Assembly (NCBI GenBank): GCA_965243255.1
Contig: CBDEUH010000004.1
Span: forward strand, 2,034,132 to 2,098,131
From: Dehalococcoidia bacterium
GTDB taxonomy: Bacteria > Chloroflexota > Dehalococcoidia > Lucifugimonadales > UBA3495
Reading direction: 5' to 3'
Length of the DNA stretch: 64,000 nt
Under the pieces are notes generated by a model. It worked only from the letters and a program-made list of their open reading frames with translations, did no database searches and was not told the origin of the DNA. The position numbers were made by a program, and so were the translations under genes. Positions 44,603-54,567 of this stretch are shown in pieces (position 1 is the first letter of the stretch; the number at the start of each line of letters is the position of its first letter).

Positions 44603-45815
44603 CCCCCACCGCCAGCAATCCCGCCGCCACCAGCACCACTGCGGCCAGAGCCAGGAAGACTCCCCGGTACGTGCCGGCGCTGTCGTAAGCTATCCCCGAC
44701 ACCAGCGGCCCCACGGCGAACCCCAGCACCTGGGACGCTCGACCCACTCCGTGGATTGCTCCCAGCGACCCGCGCCCGTAGTTGGCCGCCCACATCAGCG
44801 GCGTGAGCGTGTTCACCCCCGTGCCAATCAACCCCATCAGGACCACCACCGCGTATGTTTCGGCCAGCGTGTCGGTGTGCACCAATAGAAGCAGCGCCGC
44901 CGCGCCCGTTGCGTACAACGCCACCATCAGCCATCGGGGCGACATCCGGTCGGCGGCCACGCCCGAGAGAATCGCGCCGGCCGCCCCCGCCGTGGCCATC
45001 ACGCTGATTGCCGACACCGCCGCCGTGGCGTTCAGGCCCCGCTCGGTTAGATACGGCACCAGGTGCAGCCCCGGCCCGGCCACGGCGCTGCTGCCCAGGA
45101 ACAGCGCGGTCAGAGCAACCCAGAACCCCGGCGTCCGCGTGACCTCTCGCAGCGCCAACGACTGGGCTTCATCCGCGCTGGCCGGCGACGTTGACTCTCC
45201 AGTGTCCTCGTCCGCCGCCGCCTCGGCCCCGTCAATCACCAGCCCCATGTCCTCCGGCTGGCGTCGCACCCACAGCGCGCAGGGGATCACTCCCATCACG
45301 AGCATCAGCGTCCCCAGGCCCAACCACGCCCCGCGCCATCCCCAATGCCCGATCGCCAGGTGGGTGAGCGGCGCCAGCGCGATGACGCCGGCCGTTTCGA
45401 TGAAGAACACCAGCCCGGTTACGCGCCCCCGGTAGCGCTGAAACCACTTGCCCACGCTGACGGACGCCGCTATCTTGACTCCCCCCTGGTCGGCGATGCG
45501 CGCCGCCGTGAACGCCAGGTAGAACCCCAGCAGGGTCTGCATCAACGCCAGGCTCACGCAGGCCAGGCCGATGACGGCGCCGCCAGCCGTCAGGACTGCA
45601 CGGGCCCCGAAGCGGTCCACCAGACGCCCGATAAAGGGCGCCAGCGCCGCCCCCAAAATCGCCCCCGCCGTGGTCGCTCCCGCAACTTCCGTGCGCCCCC
45701 AGCCGAACTCCTCGGACATCGGCGCGACGAAAAGCGTCAGTATGGAAATTGCGGTGGCGGCGTTGGCAAACTGAATGCTCCCCGCCGCCCCGGCAACCAC
45801 CCAGCCGTAGTACAA
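44577..45815 (-). CDS. MFS transporter (paralogous type), start uncertain
   Basis: 'YYGWVVAGAAG' and 'GRLVDRFGAR' are present. The listed ATG at 45992 would overlap the whole 3' end of the cyclophilin gene. A TTG at 45815, 4 nt after the cyclophilin stop, is the likeliest start. Confidence 0.7.
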   Translation of the reverse strand: MYYGWVVAGAAGSIQFANAATAISILTLFVAPMSEEFGWGRTEVAGATTAGAILGAALAPFIGRLVDRFGARAVLTAGGAVIGLACVSLALMQTLLGFYLAFTAARIADQGGVKIAASVSVGKWFQRYRGRVTGLVFFIETAGVIALAPLTHLAIGHWGWRGAWLGLGTLMLVMGVIPCALWVRRQPEDMGLVIDGAEAAADEDTGESTSPASADEAQSLALREVTRTPGFWVALTALFLGSSAVAGPGLHLVPYLTERGLNATAAVSAISVMATAGAAGAILSGVAADRMSPRWLMVALYATGAAALLLLVHTDTLAETYAVVVLMGLIGTGVNTLTPLMWAANYGRGSLGAIHGVGRASQVLGFAVGPLVSGIAYDSAGTYRGVFLALAAVVLVAAGLLAVGVRSRPRQR

Positions 45816-45819
45816 ATAC

Positions 45820-46356
45820 TTACCCCAGCTCCGTCTCCGTAATCTCGATGTTGCTAATCGCCAGCCGCTCCGTGGGCTGCGAGTTCTCTCCGCTGCGACT
45901 CTGCCGCACCGGCGATGTGGCCAATGCCTCCAGCACTTCGTCGCCGCCGGTGAGCATACCGAAGATGGTGTAGTTCGGCGGCAGCCCCACATCGGCCCCG
46001 TGTACGATGAACCACTGGCTGCCGTTGGTGTTCGGCCCGGCGTTGGCCATGGCCAGCGTGCCCCGGGTGTACGACCGCGTAACCTCTTCGTCCGGGAAGC
46101 GGTAGCCCGGTCCTCCGGTGCCGTCGCCCCGCGGGCAGCCGCCCTGGATCATAAAGCCGTTGATGACCCGGTGGAACTGGTTGTCTTCGTAGAACCCGTC
46201 CCGCGCCAGGAAGACAAAGTTGTTGACCGCCCGGGGCGCTACTTCCGACAGCAACTCGATGGTCATGTCGCCCTTGTCGGTCTTGATGACGGCGTGGTAG
46301 CGCTTGGTGGCTTCGATGACGAGGCCCGGCGAGTTTTCATACTGCTTGGGAGGCAT
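45820..46356 (-). CDS. ppiB: peptidyl-prolyl cis-trans isomerase, cyclophilin type
   Basis: 'FHRVINGFMIQGGCPRGDGTGGPGY' and 'GTLAMANAGPNTNGSQWFI'. Confidence 0.92.
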   Translation of the reverse strand: MPPKQYENSPGLVIEATKRYHAVIKTDKGDMTIELLSEVAPRAVNNFVFLARDGFYEDNQFHRVINGFMIQGGCPRGDGTGGPGYRFPDEEVTRSYTRGTLAMANAGPNTNGSQWFIVHGADVGLPPNYTIFGMLTGGDEVLEALATSPVRQSRSGENSQPTERLAISNIEITETELG

Positions 46357-46533
46357 TGAGCGTTCTCCTGTTTCTGACGTACTGCTGTTTCCGCAGCCAA
46401 ACCGCCGCCGATTATACCTTATCGCCAGAGCATACCCACCCTTGTGCTTTTGTGCCCTTTGTGGCCTTCCGAAAATCCCCTGTCAAAACCGTAGCGTATA
46501 ATAGAAACATAGACTTGCGCAGGAGGTACCGAT

Positions 46534-47601
46534 ATGAACGTACTGAATAAGATGGCCCAATACGGACACGAACAGATCGCCATGTACAGCGACCCCGACA
46601 CCGGCCTGCGCGGCATCATCGCCATTCACGACACCACCCTGGGCCCCTCCTGCGGCGGCACCCGCATGTGGCCCTACCAGTCCGAAGACGAAGCACTGGC
46701 CGACGCCCTTCGCCTCTCCCAGGCCATGACCTACAAGTCGGCGGCGGCCGGCCTCAACCTCGGCGGCGGCAAGGGCGTCATCATCGGCGACCCCCGCACG
46801 GACAAGACCGAAGCCCTCCTCCGCGCCTGGGGCCGCTTCGTGGACACCCTGGGCGGACGGTACCTCACCACAACCGACGTCGGCACCACCGGCCGCGACC
46901 TGGAATCCGTTCATCAGGAAACTGACCACGTCGTCGGCCTGGACGTTACCCTCGGCGGCAGCGGCGATACCTCCATCATGACCGGCCTGGGCATCTACAT
47001 GGGAATGAAAGCCTGCGCCAACGACGCCTGGGGATCCGATTCCCTACGGGGCAAAACCGTGGCTCTGCAGGGCTTTGGCAAGGTGGCCTCCCACACGGCG
47101 GAGCACCTCCTGCAGGAAGACGCCCGGGTCATCGCCGCCGACATCAGCGAGGCCGCACTGGACAAGGCCCACAGCATGGGCGTCAAGGTGGTGGGCCCGG
47201 ATGACATCTACGACGTGGAGTCAGACATCTTCGCACCATGCGCCCTGGGCGGCGTCATCAACGCCGAGACCATCGACCGCTTGCGCTGCCGCATCGTGGC
47301 CGGCGGCGCCAACAACCAGCTGGCCACGCTGGAGGACGGCGAAACCCTGCACCGGCGGGGGATCATCTACGCGCCCGACTTCCTCATCAACGCCGGCGGC
47401 ATCATCAACGCCGCCGCCGAAATCGGCCAGCCCTACAACCCCGAGCGTTCCCGCCAGCAGACGGAGCGCATCTACGAGCAGATGGCCGCCGTGCTGACCA
47501 CCTCCCACAAAAAGGAAATCTCCACCGCGCGGGCTGCCGACCTCGTGGCCGAATCGCGCCTGGCCTCCGTGCGGCAGGTCCGCCACATCTGGCGGGGCTA
47601 G
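46534..47601 (+). CDS. ldh: leucine dehydrogenase (Glu/Leu/Phe/Val dehydrogenase family)
   Basis: 355 aa with an AGGAGG RBS. 'IAIHDTTLGPSCGGTRMWPY', 'GLNLGGGKGVI' (catalytic Lys) and 'GFGKVA' (NAD fold). Confidence 0.88.
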   Translation: MNVLNKMAQYGHEQIAMYSDPDTGLRGIIAIHDTTLGPSCGGTRMWPYQSEDEALADALRLSQAMTYKSAAAGLNLGGGKGVIIGDPRTDKTEALLRAWGRFVDTLGGRYLTTTDVGTTGRDLESVHQETDHVVGLDVTLGGSGDTSIMTGLGIYMGMKACANDAWGSDSLRGKTVALQGFGKVASHTAEHLLQEDARVIAADISEAALDKAHSMGVKVVGPDDIYDVESDIFAPCALGGVINAETIDRLRCRIVAGGANNQLATLEDGETLHRRGIIYAPDFLINAGGIINAAAEIGQPYNPERSRQQTERIYEQMAAVLTTSHKKEISTARAADLVAESRLASVRQVRHIWRG

Positions 47602-48890
47602 CCCTGCGCCTCGTACACCACCGTATCGGGACGGTACACCGCCCAGGAGAACCAGAACTGCCCGATGCGACCGGGCACTGGCGTCAGCTGCGTTCCGGCC
47701 AGCGGCCCGCTCTCGGCCCGGCCAAAGATGTTCCACACGCTGCCCGTTTGGGTATCGGTGATGTTGCCCGCAGCATCGGCAGCGAAACTCAGCGTTTCGC
47801 CATCCGGGCCGACGGGTGAGAAGATGCCGGCGGCGCCCACGTCCCGTCCCCGGGACACGGTGCCGGCGTCCAAGGCCGAAGCCGTCCCCGGGGTCCAGAA
47901 CACCACCACATCCTCGCCGCCCACCGACGCCGACACCACCCGCTCGGCAGCCAACGTGGTGAACGACACCGCCCAGGCCGCGTTGCCGCGCTCAATCGCC
48001 ACCACCCGCTCCACCGCCGGCAGGCGCGGGTCCTCCTCGCCGTCGAACAGGAACGGCGAACTGCCCGGCCGGTCGTAGCCGGCGTAGGGGTTGCTGCCGT
48101 AGGGCCGGCCGGAATCGGGCCGCGACAGCACCTGTCCGTCCGGGAACGTCGCTTTGAAATCCGCCCAGGACACAATCGACAGGTAAAGCTGCTCCAGCCG
48201 ACGGCCGGCATAGCGGCCGATGACGCCCTCACCGCCCACTTCCTGCCACCAGGTTTCCGTCTGCCGGTCATACATCAGCAGGTTGCTGTCTCGCAGCGCG
48301 CCGGTGGTGCCGAAGTCCAGCAGTTCGCCGTCAACCGTCCGCCTGTACACGAAGGCGGTGTTGCACAGCGGTCAAAAGGTGATCACCACGGGCTCGCCGC
48401 CCACCGTATCGTTCACCAGCTCGTGCCACACCATCACCTGCACCGGGTAGGCTCGCACATCCCCGTTGAGGTCAACCACCTGCACCGCTTCAGGGTCGCT
48501 CAGCCACGCATCGGCCTGGGCGACGGATTCAAAGGCCGGCTCGTCAATGGACGGGATGCCGTCCTTGGGCGGCCCTCCGGTCATTATCTCGTCGAAGGCA
48601 ATTGTCGTTCGGGAGAAGTCGGTTTTCCAGGTCGCCCGCAGCAGCCGCTCGTACTTCTCGCGGGCCTGTTCCGCCTGCTCCGCGTCAACGGTTGCCACCA
48701 TCGCCTCCGCCGAGACGGGTATCGAAGTGGCGGCGGGCAGGGCGGTTGCTGCCGGAACCGTGGTGGCAGCAGGCAGGGACGTAACCGGTGCTGGAGTTAG
48801 CGCCGCTTCCTGCGCCGGCGCGCAGGCCAGCAGTACCGACGCCGCCAGCGCCAGCCCGGCCAGCGCCGCAGCCACGGCGTGTTTGCGCAA
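47598..48890 (-). CDS. DUF3179-family lipoprotein interrupted by one in-frame TGA (candidate selenocysteine codon, otherwise a pseudogene)
   Basis: The two listed ORFs (48372-48890 and 47598-48350) share one frame and are separated only by TGA at 48372-48374. The reading is '..GGEPVVITF-[TGA]-PLCNTAFVYRRTVDGE..SNLLMYDRQTETWWQ'. The downstream piece has no RBS. Lipobox 'VLLAC'. TTG start 6 nt after the permease stop. Confidence 0.6.
48332..48363 (-). promoter_or_regulatory. SECIS-like hairpin 9 nt downstream of the in-frame UGA
   Basis: The mRNA reads CAAC-A-CCGCC-UUCGUGUACA-GGCGG-ACG-GUUG: 4-bp plus 5-bp stems and a 10-nt loop containing GU. Confidence 0.35.
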
Positions 48891-48896
48891 GAAATC

Positions 48897-49805
48897 CTAC
48901 CGGCCGCGGAGACGGGGGTCGAATACGTCGCGGAGGGCGTCGCCCAGGAGGTTGAATCCCATCACCACCAGGAAGATGGCCAGGCCGGGACAGATGGCCA
49001 GCCAGGGCCCGCTCTTGACGTGGGCCGAAGCGGCCCGCACCAGCATCCCGCCCCAACTGGGCTGGTCCGGCGGCGTGCCGACGCCCAGGAAAGACAGCGA
49101 AGACTCAATGATGATGGCAAAGCCCAGGTAGTACGTGGCCAGCACCAGGTAGGTGGCGAAGCAGTTGGGCACGATGTGCCGGAAGATGATGCGCCAGGGC
49201 GGCGCGCCAATGGCCGTAGCGGCCGTTACGTAGTCCAGCTCTTTCAGCGATAAGACCTGGGAGCGCACCGTTCTGATGACGGGCGCGATCATGCCGATCA
49301 CGATGGCGAGAATCACGGTGTTAAGGGATGGCGTAACGACGGCCATGATGGCCAGCGCGATGAGCAGGCCAGGCAGGGACATCAGGGCGTCAACGATGCG
49401 CTGGGCAACCATGTCAACGATGCCGCCGATGTAGGTGAGGGCAACGCCGATGATGAAGCTGGCGGTGATGCCAACCAGCACGCTCCCCAATCCCACGTAC
49501 AGCGAAATCCGCGCGCCGTAAATCAGCCGGCTCAGCACGTCCCGTCCCACGTAGTCGGCGCCCAGCACGAAGTCGGCGTTGGGGGACTGCCAGGGCAACG
49601 CAGGGGTGGATCGCGGGTCATAGGGCGACAGCACCGGAGCCAGAGCGGCTACCAGAACCAGCAGGACCACTATGAGGCCGCCCACTGCGCCCAGCGGCTT
49701 GGTACGGATGAACCGGAGTAGTGACGTCCACGACCGCGCAACCAGCCCGGGAGCCGGCAGAGCCTCGCGGGCTATCGCAGCCTGTTCCGAGGTTTGGTCA
49801 ATCAT
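48897..49805 (-). CDS. peptide/nickel-type ABC transporter permease (DppC/OppC-like)
   Basis: 'VLGADYVGRDVLSRLIYGARISL'. 302 aa. Confidence 0.88.
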   Translation of the reverse strand: MIDQTSEQAAIAREALPAPGLVARSWTSLLRFIRTKPLGAVGGLIVVLLVLVAALAPVLSPYDPRSTPALPWQSPNADFVLGADYVGRDVLSRLIYGARISLYVGLGSVLVGITASFIIGVALTYIGGIVDMVAQRIVDALMSLPGLLIALAIMAVVTPSLNTVILAIVIGMIAPVIRTVRSQVLSLKELDYVTAATAIGAPPWRIIFRHIVPNCFATYLVLATYYLGFAIIIESSLSFLGVGTPPDQPSWGGMLVRAASAHVKSGPWLAICPGLAIFLVVMGFNLLGDALRDVFDPRLRGR

Positions 49806-49856
49806 GGCAACACCTGTCGATGCGAGCTTGCGGACGTACGTCTTCGAACCGATTTC

Positions 49857-50816
49857 CTATGAATAGCGGATGCGGGGGTCGAGAACGCCGTAAAGCATGT
49901 CAATGATGAGATTGAGCAGCAGCACCACCGCCGCGGTCATCAGGATAACACCCTGGATGACTGGGAAATCCCGATGGATGATGCCGTCGATCAGGAACTT
50001 GCCCACGCCGGGAACGACGAAAATCTGCTCGACGATGATGACGCCGCCCAGGAGTCGCCCGAACTGGTAGCCGGAAACGGTGATAACCGGCAGCATGGCG
50101 TTCTTCAGTGCGTGGCGTCCCACCACCACCCACTCGCGTAAGCCCTTGGAGCGGGCCGTGCGCATATAGTCTTCTCGCATTACCTCCAACATGGCGGAGC
50201 GGGTGACCCGAGCCGTGAAAGCCATGTCGTGGAAACCGATCACCGCGGCGGGCAGCACCATCAGTTTCAGATTCTGGATCGGGTCTTCCCATAAATGCGC
50301 GTATTCCAGCGGCGGCAGCCAACCGGTGCCATAGGCCAGAGCGTAAATGACCAGGACACCAATCCAGAAGGTCGGCATGGCAATGCCCACCAGCGCGATG
50401 ACCCGGCTGGCGTAGTCCACGCCTGAGTCCTGTTTCATCGCCGAGATGATGCCCAAGGGCACGGCGGCGACGAAGGCCATCACGATGGCCAGCACCGCCA
50501 ACTCGAAGGTTCTGGCGAAGCGCTCGATCAGCTCAAAGCCGAAGGGCTCACCGTAGTAGTAGGACTCGCCCAGGTCGCCGCGCAGGACTCCCCACAGCCA
50601 ATCTCCGTACTGCACGTAGATGGGGCGGTTGAGGCCCAGGTCTTCACGCAGACGTTCAAAGTCCGCGTCGGTTACTTGCCCGCCGGCGTCCTCGCCGGTG
50701 AGCAGGAAAACGGCAGCATCCCCCGGAACTATGGAAAAGAGCGCGAACACCAGGATGGTGGCCAGCAGCATGGTGGGGATGAAGAGAAGCAGTCTTCTAA
50801 CCAGGTATTGAGTCAT
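49857..50816 (-). CDS. peptide/nickel-type ABC transporter permease (DppB/OppB-like)
   Basis: 'MTQYLVRRLLLFIPTML' and 'YMRTARSKGL'. 319 aa. Confidence 0.88.
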   Translation of the reverse strand: MTQYLVRRLLLFIPTMLLATILVFALFSIVPGDAAVFLLTGEDAGGQVTDADFERLREDLGLNRPIYVQYGDWLWGVLRGDLGESYYYGEPFGFELIERFARTFELAVLAIVMAFVAAVPLGIISAMKQDSGVDYASRVIALVGIAMPTFWIGVLVIYALAYGTGWLPPLEYAHLWEDPIQNLKLMVLPAAVIGFHDMAFTARVTRSAMLEVMREDYMRTARSKGLREWVVVGRHALKNAMLPVITVSGYQFGRLLGGVIIVEQIFVVPGVGKFLIDGIIHRDFPVIQGVILMTAAVVLLLNLIIDMLYGVLDPRIRYS

Positions 50817-50871
50817 TCCTCAACTCCTGCCAGCCGGTCAGCGTGGTGTGGTCGTTTCATTAGGCACGGTA

Positions 50872-50901
50872 GGCCGGCCCTGTCAAAGGTCAGAGCCGGC
50901 C
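50872..50901 (-). other. intercistronic GC hairpin between the SBP and permease genes
   Basis: GGCCGGC..GCCGGCC, 7-bp stem with an extendable interior. Confidence 0.4.
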
Positions 50902-50937
50902 AGGTTTGCGTGTTGGATGTGCGGGTTGCTCAGTCGG

Positions 50938-52890
50938 TTATGGGCGGTATCCGCGGTTGGAGTCTGCGCTGTGGTCGCAGGCCGTCGCTTCGCCGCCTTC
51001 CCACCAAACATGGTCCCACTTCTTGACCAATTGAACCGTGGGCGGGAAGTGGAAGTTGCGGAGGCGGCAGTCAAAGGCCCCGCCGCTGGAGTACCACAAC
51101 ACCGGCAGCCAGTGGCTTTCGCCCTGGTGCAGGATTTCGGCCAAGGCTTCCAGGTGCCCCTGCCGAACGCTCGGGTCAACCTCTCGGTTCTGCAGGTTGA
51201 TCAGCTCGTCAACCTCATCATTCTGCCAGTTGTGCGGGTTGCGCAGCACATCCTGCAGGTAGAACTGGTTGATGATGTCGCCGGGGTCGCGCAGGATGAT
51301 GCCCGTTCCAACACCGTCAAAGTTCGCCACGCCGTCCCGCAGCCCGACGTACATCGTGGCGAGGTCGGTGGGTTGAATAACGATGTCGATGTTCAGGTCT
51401 TCCCGCAGCTGCGGCGCCACCGTCTCGGCAGTGGACAGCGAGGGGTTGGAGTTCACCACGTTGTGGGTAATCTCGAAACCGTCGGGATAGCCAGCCTCGG
51501 TGAGCAGTTGCCTGGCTTCGGCCAGCGCAGCCTCCCGGTCGCCGTAGGCAACGTTGTTGGCTTGCAGGTCGGCCAGGTCTTCAACGACGCCGGGGGCAAA
51601 GAAGGTGCCCGGCTTGCCGAAGCCCAGGATGGCCTTTTCCACGGCGTTTTCCCGGTCAATGCCCAGGTACATCGCCCGTCGCACGCGCGGGTCGTCAAAG
51701 GGCGGCCGGGTGTGGTTCAGGAAGAAGGCTTGCACGCCGGAAGCTTCCAGGATGACGGCGCGGACGCGGCCGTTGGTGTCCTCTTCCAGTCGTGCCATGT
51801 CTTCGGGGCGGTTGCTGCCGGTAACCGGCTGGTAGGAGCCATAGACCTGTCCGGCTTGCAGCGCCGACAGGCGGCGGGCAACGTCCCGAATCAGGAATAT
51901 CTTGAGCCCGTCAAAGAAGGGCCGTCCCGTCTTGAAGTAGTTGGGGTTTGCGTCGTAGGAATAACCGGAGTCCTTTTCCCACTCTCGCAGCATCCAGGGG
52001 CCGGAGCCGATGAGGCTGTCGGGGGCGCCGGCGCTAATGGCGGCCAGGGCCTCGGCCTGGGTCTTGCCCGTGTTGGCCTGTTCCTGGCTCAGGTTTTCGG
52101 CTACGTGCTTGGGATAGACCTTCATGTAGTCGGAGGCCAGGTTGGGCAGGAAGCCGGCAGCCGGGAATCGCAGCGGAATTTTCGCCGTCTTTTCGTCAAT
52201 CGCCGAGGCGGTGCCGTGGACAACGAAGTTGTTCAGGAAGCCCGTGCGAGCGCGGAGGACACCCTCTTCAACCTGTCCCAGCGTGATGCGGTTGATGGAG
52301 AAGACGATGTCGTCAGCCGTGACCGGCATGCCGTCCGTGAAGGTAGCGTCGGGGTGCAGGTTGAAGATGTAACCCACCTCGCTGCCATCTTCGTAGAACT
52401 CCCAGCTCACGGCCAGGTCGCCGATAATCTCGCTGGTGTCCACCGGGTTGTATTCCAGGATCTGGTTGAAGCGCGGCCCCGAAGGGATGAGCACGGTGTT
52501 CATGGAACCACCGTAGTGAACGTCCCAGAAACCGGGGTTGCTGGTAGCCACCAGCGGGAAGTCTCCCCGATAGTGCTTGCTCTCGCCTTCCTGCCACCAG
52601 TCGGGCCGGGCGTCAATGGCAATGGCCGTTGGCACCGGCACGGGCGTGGCGGTGGCGTCCAACCGCGCCGTGGGAGTCGCCTCCTGAACGCCGGCAAAGG
52701 GGTCAAGGGTCGGAGTGGCAGATTGCTCCTGCTGGGGCGCTGCGCTGCCGCCGCCGGTCGCGGCTCCGCTGCCGCTGTCTCCCGTGGTGTCCTGGGTAGT
52801 GGTGCCGCCACAGGCTACGATTGCCGCAGCCATGGCCAGCGCTCCCAGGGCCAGCAGGATTCGCGGATGCCAGAATCTTCGCAAGTCCAT
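50938..52890 (-). CDS. ABC transporter substrate-binding lipoprotein, family 5
   Basis: 650 aa from ATG 52890 with a CAGGGAGG RBS. Lipobox 'AIVACGG', a Gly/Ser/Thr linker, then a family-5 SBP body. Confidence 0.85.
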   Translation of the reverse strand: MDLRRFWHPRILLALGALAMAAAIVACGGTTTQDTTGDSGSGAATGGGSAAPQQEQSATPTLDPFAGVQEATPTARLDATATPVPVPTAIAIDARPDWWQEGESKHYRGDFPLVATSNPGFWDVHYGGSMNTVLIPSGPRFNQILEYNPVDTSEIIGDLAVSWEFYEDGSEVGYIFNLHPDATFTDGMPVTADDIVFSINRITLGQVEEGVLRARTGFLNNFVVHGTASAIDEKTAKIPLRFPAAGFLPNLASDYMKVYPKHVAENLSQEQANTGKTQAEALAAISAGAPDSLIGSGPWMLREWEKDSGYSYDANPNYFKTGRPFFDGLKIFLIRDVARRLSALQAGQVYGSYQPVTGSNRPEDMARLEEDTNGRVRAVILEASGVQAFFLNHTRPPFDDPRVRRAMYLGIDRENAVEKAILGFGKPGTFFAPGVVEDLADLQANNVAYGDREAALAEARQLLTEAGYPDGFEITHNVVNSNPSLSTAETVAPQLREDLNIDIVIQPTDLATMYVGLRDGVANFDGVGTGIILRDPGDIINQFYLQDVLRNPHNWQNDEVDELINLQNREVDPSVRQGHLEALAEILHQGESHWLPVLWYSSGGAFDCRLRNFHFPPTVQLVKKWDHVWWEGGEATACDHSADSNRGYRP

Positions 52891-53082
52891 GTAAACAAGA
52901 CCTCCCTGATTTGGTTGTCGCTCTCTAACCAGAACGACATACGGGCCGGGATTGGTGGCAACGCGTCGCAACGGCGTCGCCAGCGTTGCACGATGCTACT
53001 TAAGGATAGTTTCGTTGTCAAATAGCATTTGGTGATACTGAGCAGCCTGCAACATTGTCGCAACCGATTCAGCATGCAGCAG

Positions 53083-54561
53083 CTACCGGCTCAAACTCAC
53101 CGCCGCCAGCGTTCCCCCGTCCGCCGCCAGGGGTACCAGCAGCAGCTCTCCGGATGCGATGGGCGGCGCCGTGATCGGGCCATCCAGCGCCGCCGTCCAG
53201 CGCGGCAAACCGTCGTGCAGCGACAGCGCCGTAATCACGCCCTTCTCGTCGCCAACCAGGGTCACGTCTCCGGCGATGCTGGCGCCGGCGCTCAGGTCGG
53301 CCCCCAGCTCCGTTTCCCAGAGAATTTCGCCATTCTCCGCGTCCAGCCCGCTGACCAGACCGCTGGCGTCGGCGACGATCACGTATGGTCCCGACACCGC
53401 CGGCTGATGGGGCTGTTTCCCTCCCGTTCTGGTGGACCAGACGGTGCCCTGCTGCACCGGCGGACGCTGGGCGAACCCCCAGACGGCCAGCTGGGTGCGA
53501 ACGTAATAGATGGGACGCTCCAGCGGGTAGCGATGTCCCCGGTAGTCAATGCCCCAAACCCGTCCTCGAAAGCCGTCCCGCTTGGCCCCGTTGCTGCTGA
53601 CGTGCAGCAGGTCGTCGCCAAGCACCGGCCCGTCCCGGCTCCAGCGACCCCCGCCGGCGTCGTAGATCATCCGCAGCTGGCCGGTGTTCACGTCCAGCAC
53701 GTGGATCTTTTCGTCGTTGGCGGTAACCACCAGCAGGCCGTCGTTGATGGCCGGCGGCGCGATTATCCAGTCGCCCACCTGGTAGTCCCACAGCGTGGCC
53801 CCGGTGGCGGCGTCCAGCGCCAGCAGCCGGCGCTGGTCGGTTTCGGCCACAAAGAGGCGGCCGTCGGCCACCGTCGGCGACGCCAGCGACGCCGTCGACA
53901 GTCGCTTTGACCACGCCACCTCGCCCGTCTGGGCGTCCAGCGCAGTTACCACGCCTGGCCTGAAGACCACGAACACCAGGCCATCGGAAACGGCCGGCGT
54001 AACGGCGGCCAGGAGGCCGGAGTCGTAGCGCCAGATTACGGCCCCGGTGTCCCGCTGCAGGGCCACAACGCTGCCGTCCTCCGCAGTGAGGTACACCCGG
54101 CTGCCGACCACCGCCGGGGGAGTGACGATAGGCTCGCCGGCAACGTACTTCCATCTCGTTTGTGGGGTGGCGCGGTCGGATAACTCCGGCGCTACTACCA
54201 CGGATGCGTTGGTTGGGCCGCCGCCGGCCTGGGGCCAGTCGCCGGCCGGCACGGCAACGGAAGTGTCGCCGATCACGGTTGAAGGCTGGGGCGGGTCCGG
54301 AGGCAGCCCGGTGTACTCCCACAGTATCCAGAAGGCGATGATTAGCAGGGGCGCGATTACCAGGGCGACGCGCACCAGCCGGTTGCGCAGAAAGTCCAGG
54401 CGAATCCGTCGGGAACGCTGGCGGGCGGCGTCGGCCCCGATGGTCTCCAGGCCGGAGAACGCGCCGCACTGGGCACAACGGACGCCCTGTCCCGCGCCGT
54501 CTGCCGGCAGGGGGTTGAGGTAGCCGCAGAAACGGCAGAGCAGGACGTTTTCGGCGCTCAA
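53083..54561 (-). CDS. PQQ-like beta-propeller repeat protein with N-terminal zinc-ribbon and TM segment
   Basis: 492 aa with a TTG start 6 nt after the upstream stop. 'CRFCGY..CAQCG', TM segment 'VALVIAPLLIIAFWIL', and repeated 'G..W.Y..G' propeller blades. Confidence 0.65.
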   Translation of the reverse strand: MSAENVLLCRFCGYLNPLPADGAGQGVRCAQCGAFSGLETIGADAARQRSRRIRLDFLRNRLVRVALVIAPLLIIAFWILWEYTGLPPDPPQPSTVIGDTSVAVPAGDWPQAGGGPTNASVVVAPELSDRATPQTRWKYVAGEPIVTPPAVVGSRVYLTAEDGSVVALQRDTGAVIWRYDSGLLAAVTPAVSDGLVFVVFRPGVVTALDAQTGEVAWSKRLSTASLASPTVADGRLFVAETDQRRLLALDAATGATLWDYQVGDWIIAPPAINDGLLVVTANDEKIHVLDVNTGQLRMIYDAGGGRWSRDGPVLGDDLLHVSSNGAKRDGFRGRVWGIDYRGHRYPLERPIYYVRTQLAVWGFAQRPPVQQGTVWSTRTGGKQPHQPAVSGPYVIVADASGLVSGLDAENGEILWETELGADLSAGASIAGDVTLVGDEKGVITALSLHDGLPRWTAALDGPITAPPIASGELLLVPLAADGGTLAAVSLSR

Positions 54562-54567
54562 GACAGG

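Noticed and set aside
47598-48350. Treating 47598-48350 and 48372-48890 as two independent genes
   Set aside because: They share one frame and are separated by a single TGA. The downstream piece starts at a GTG without an RBS in the middle of a conserved domain. The upstream piece would end inside the CxxC motif.
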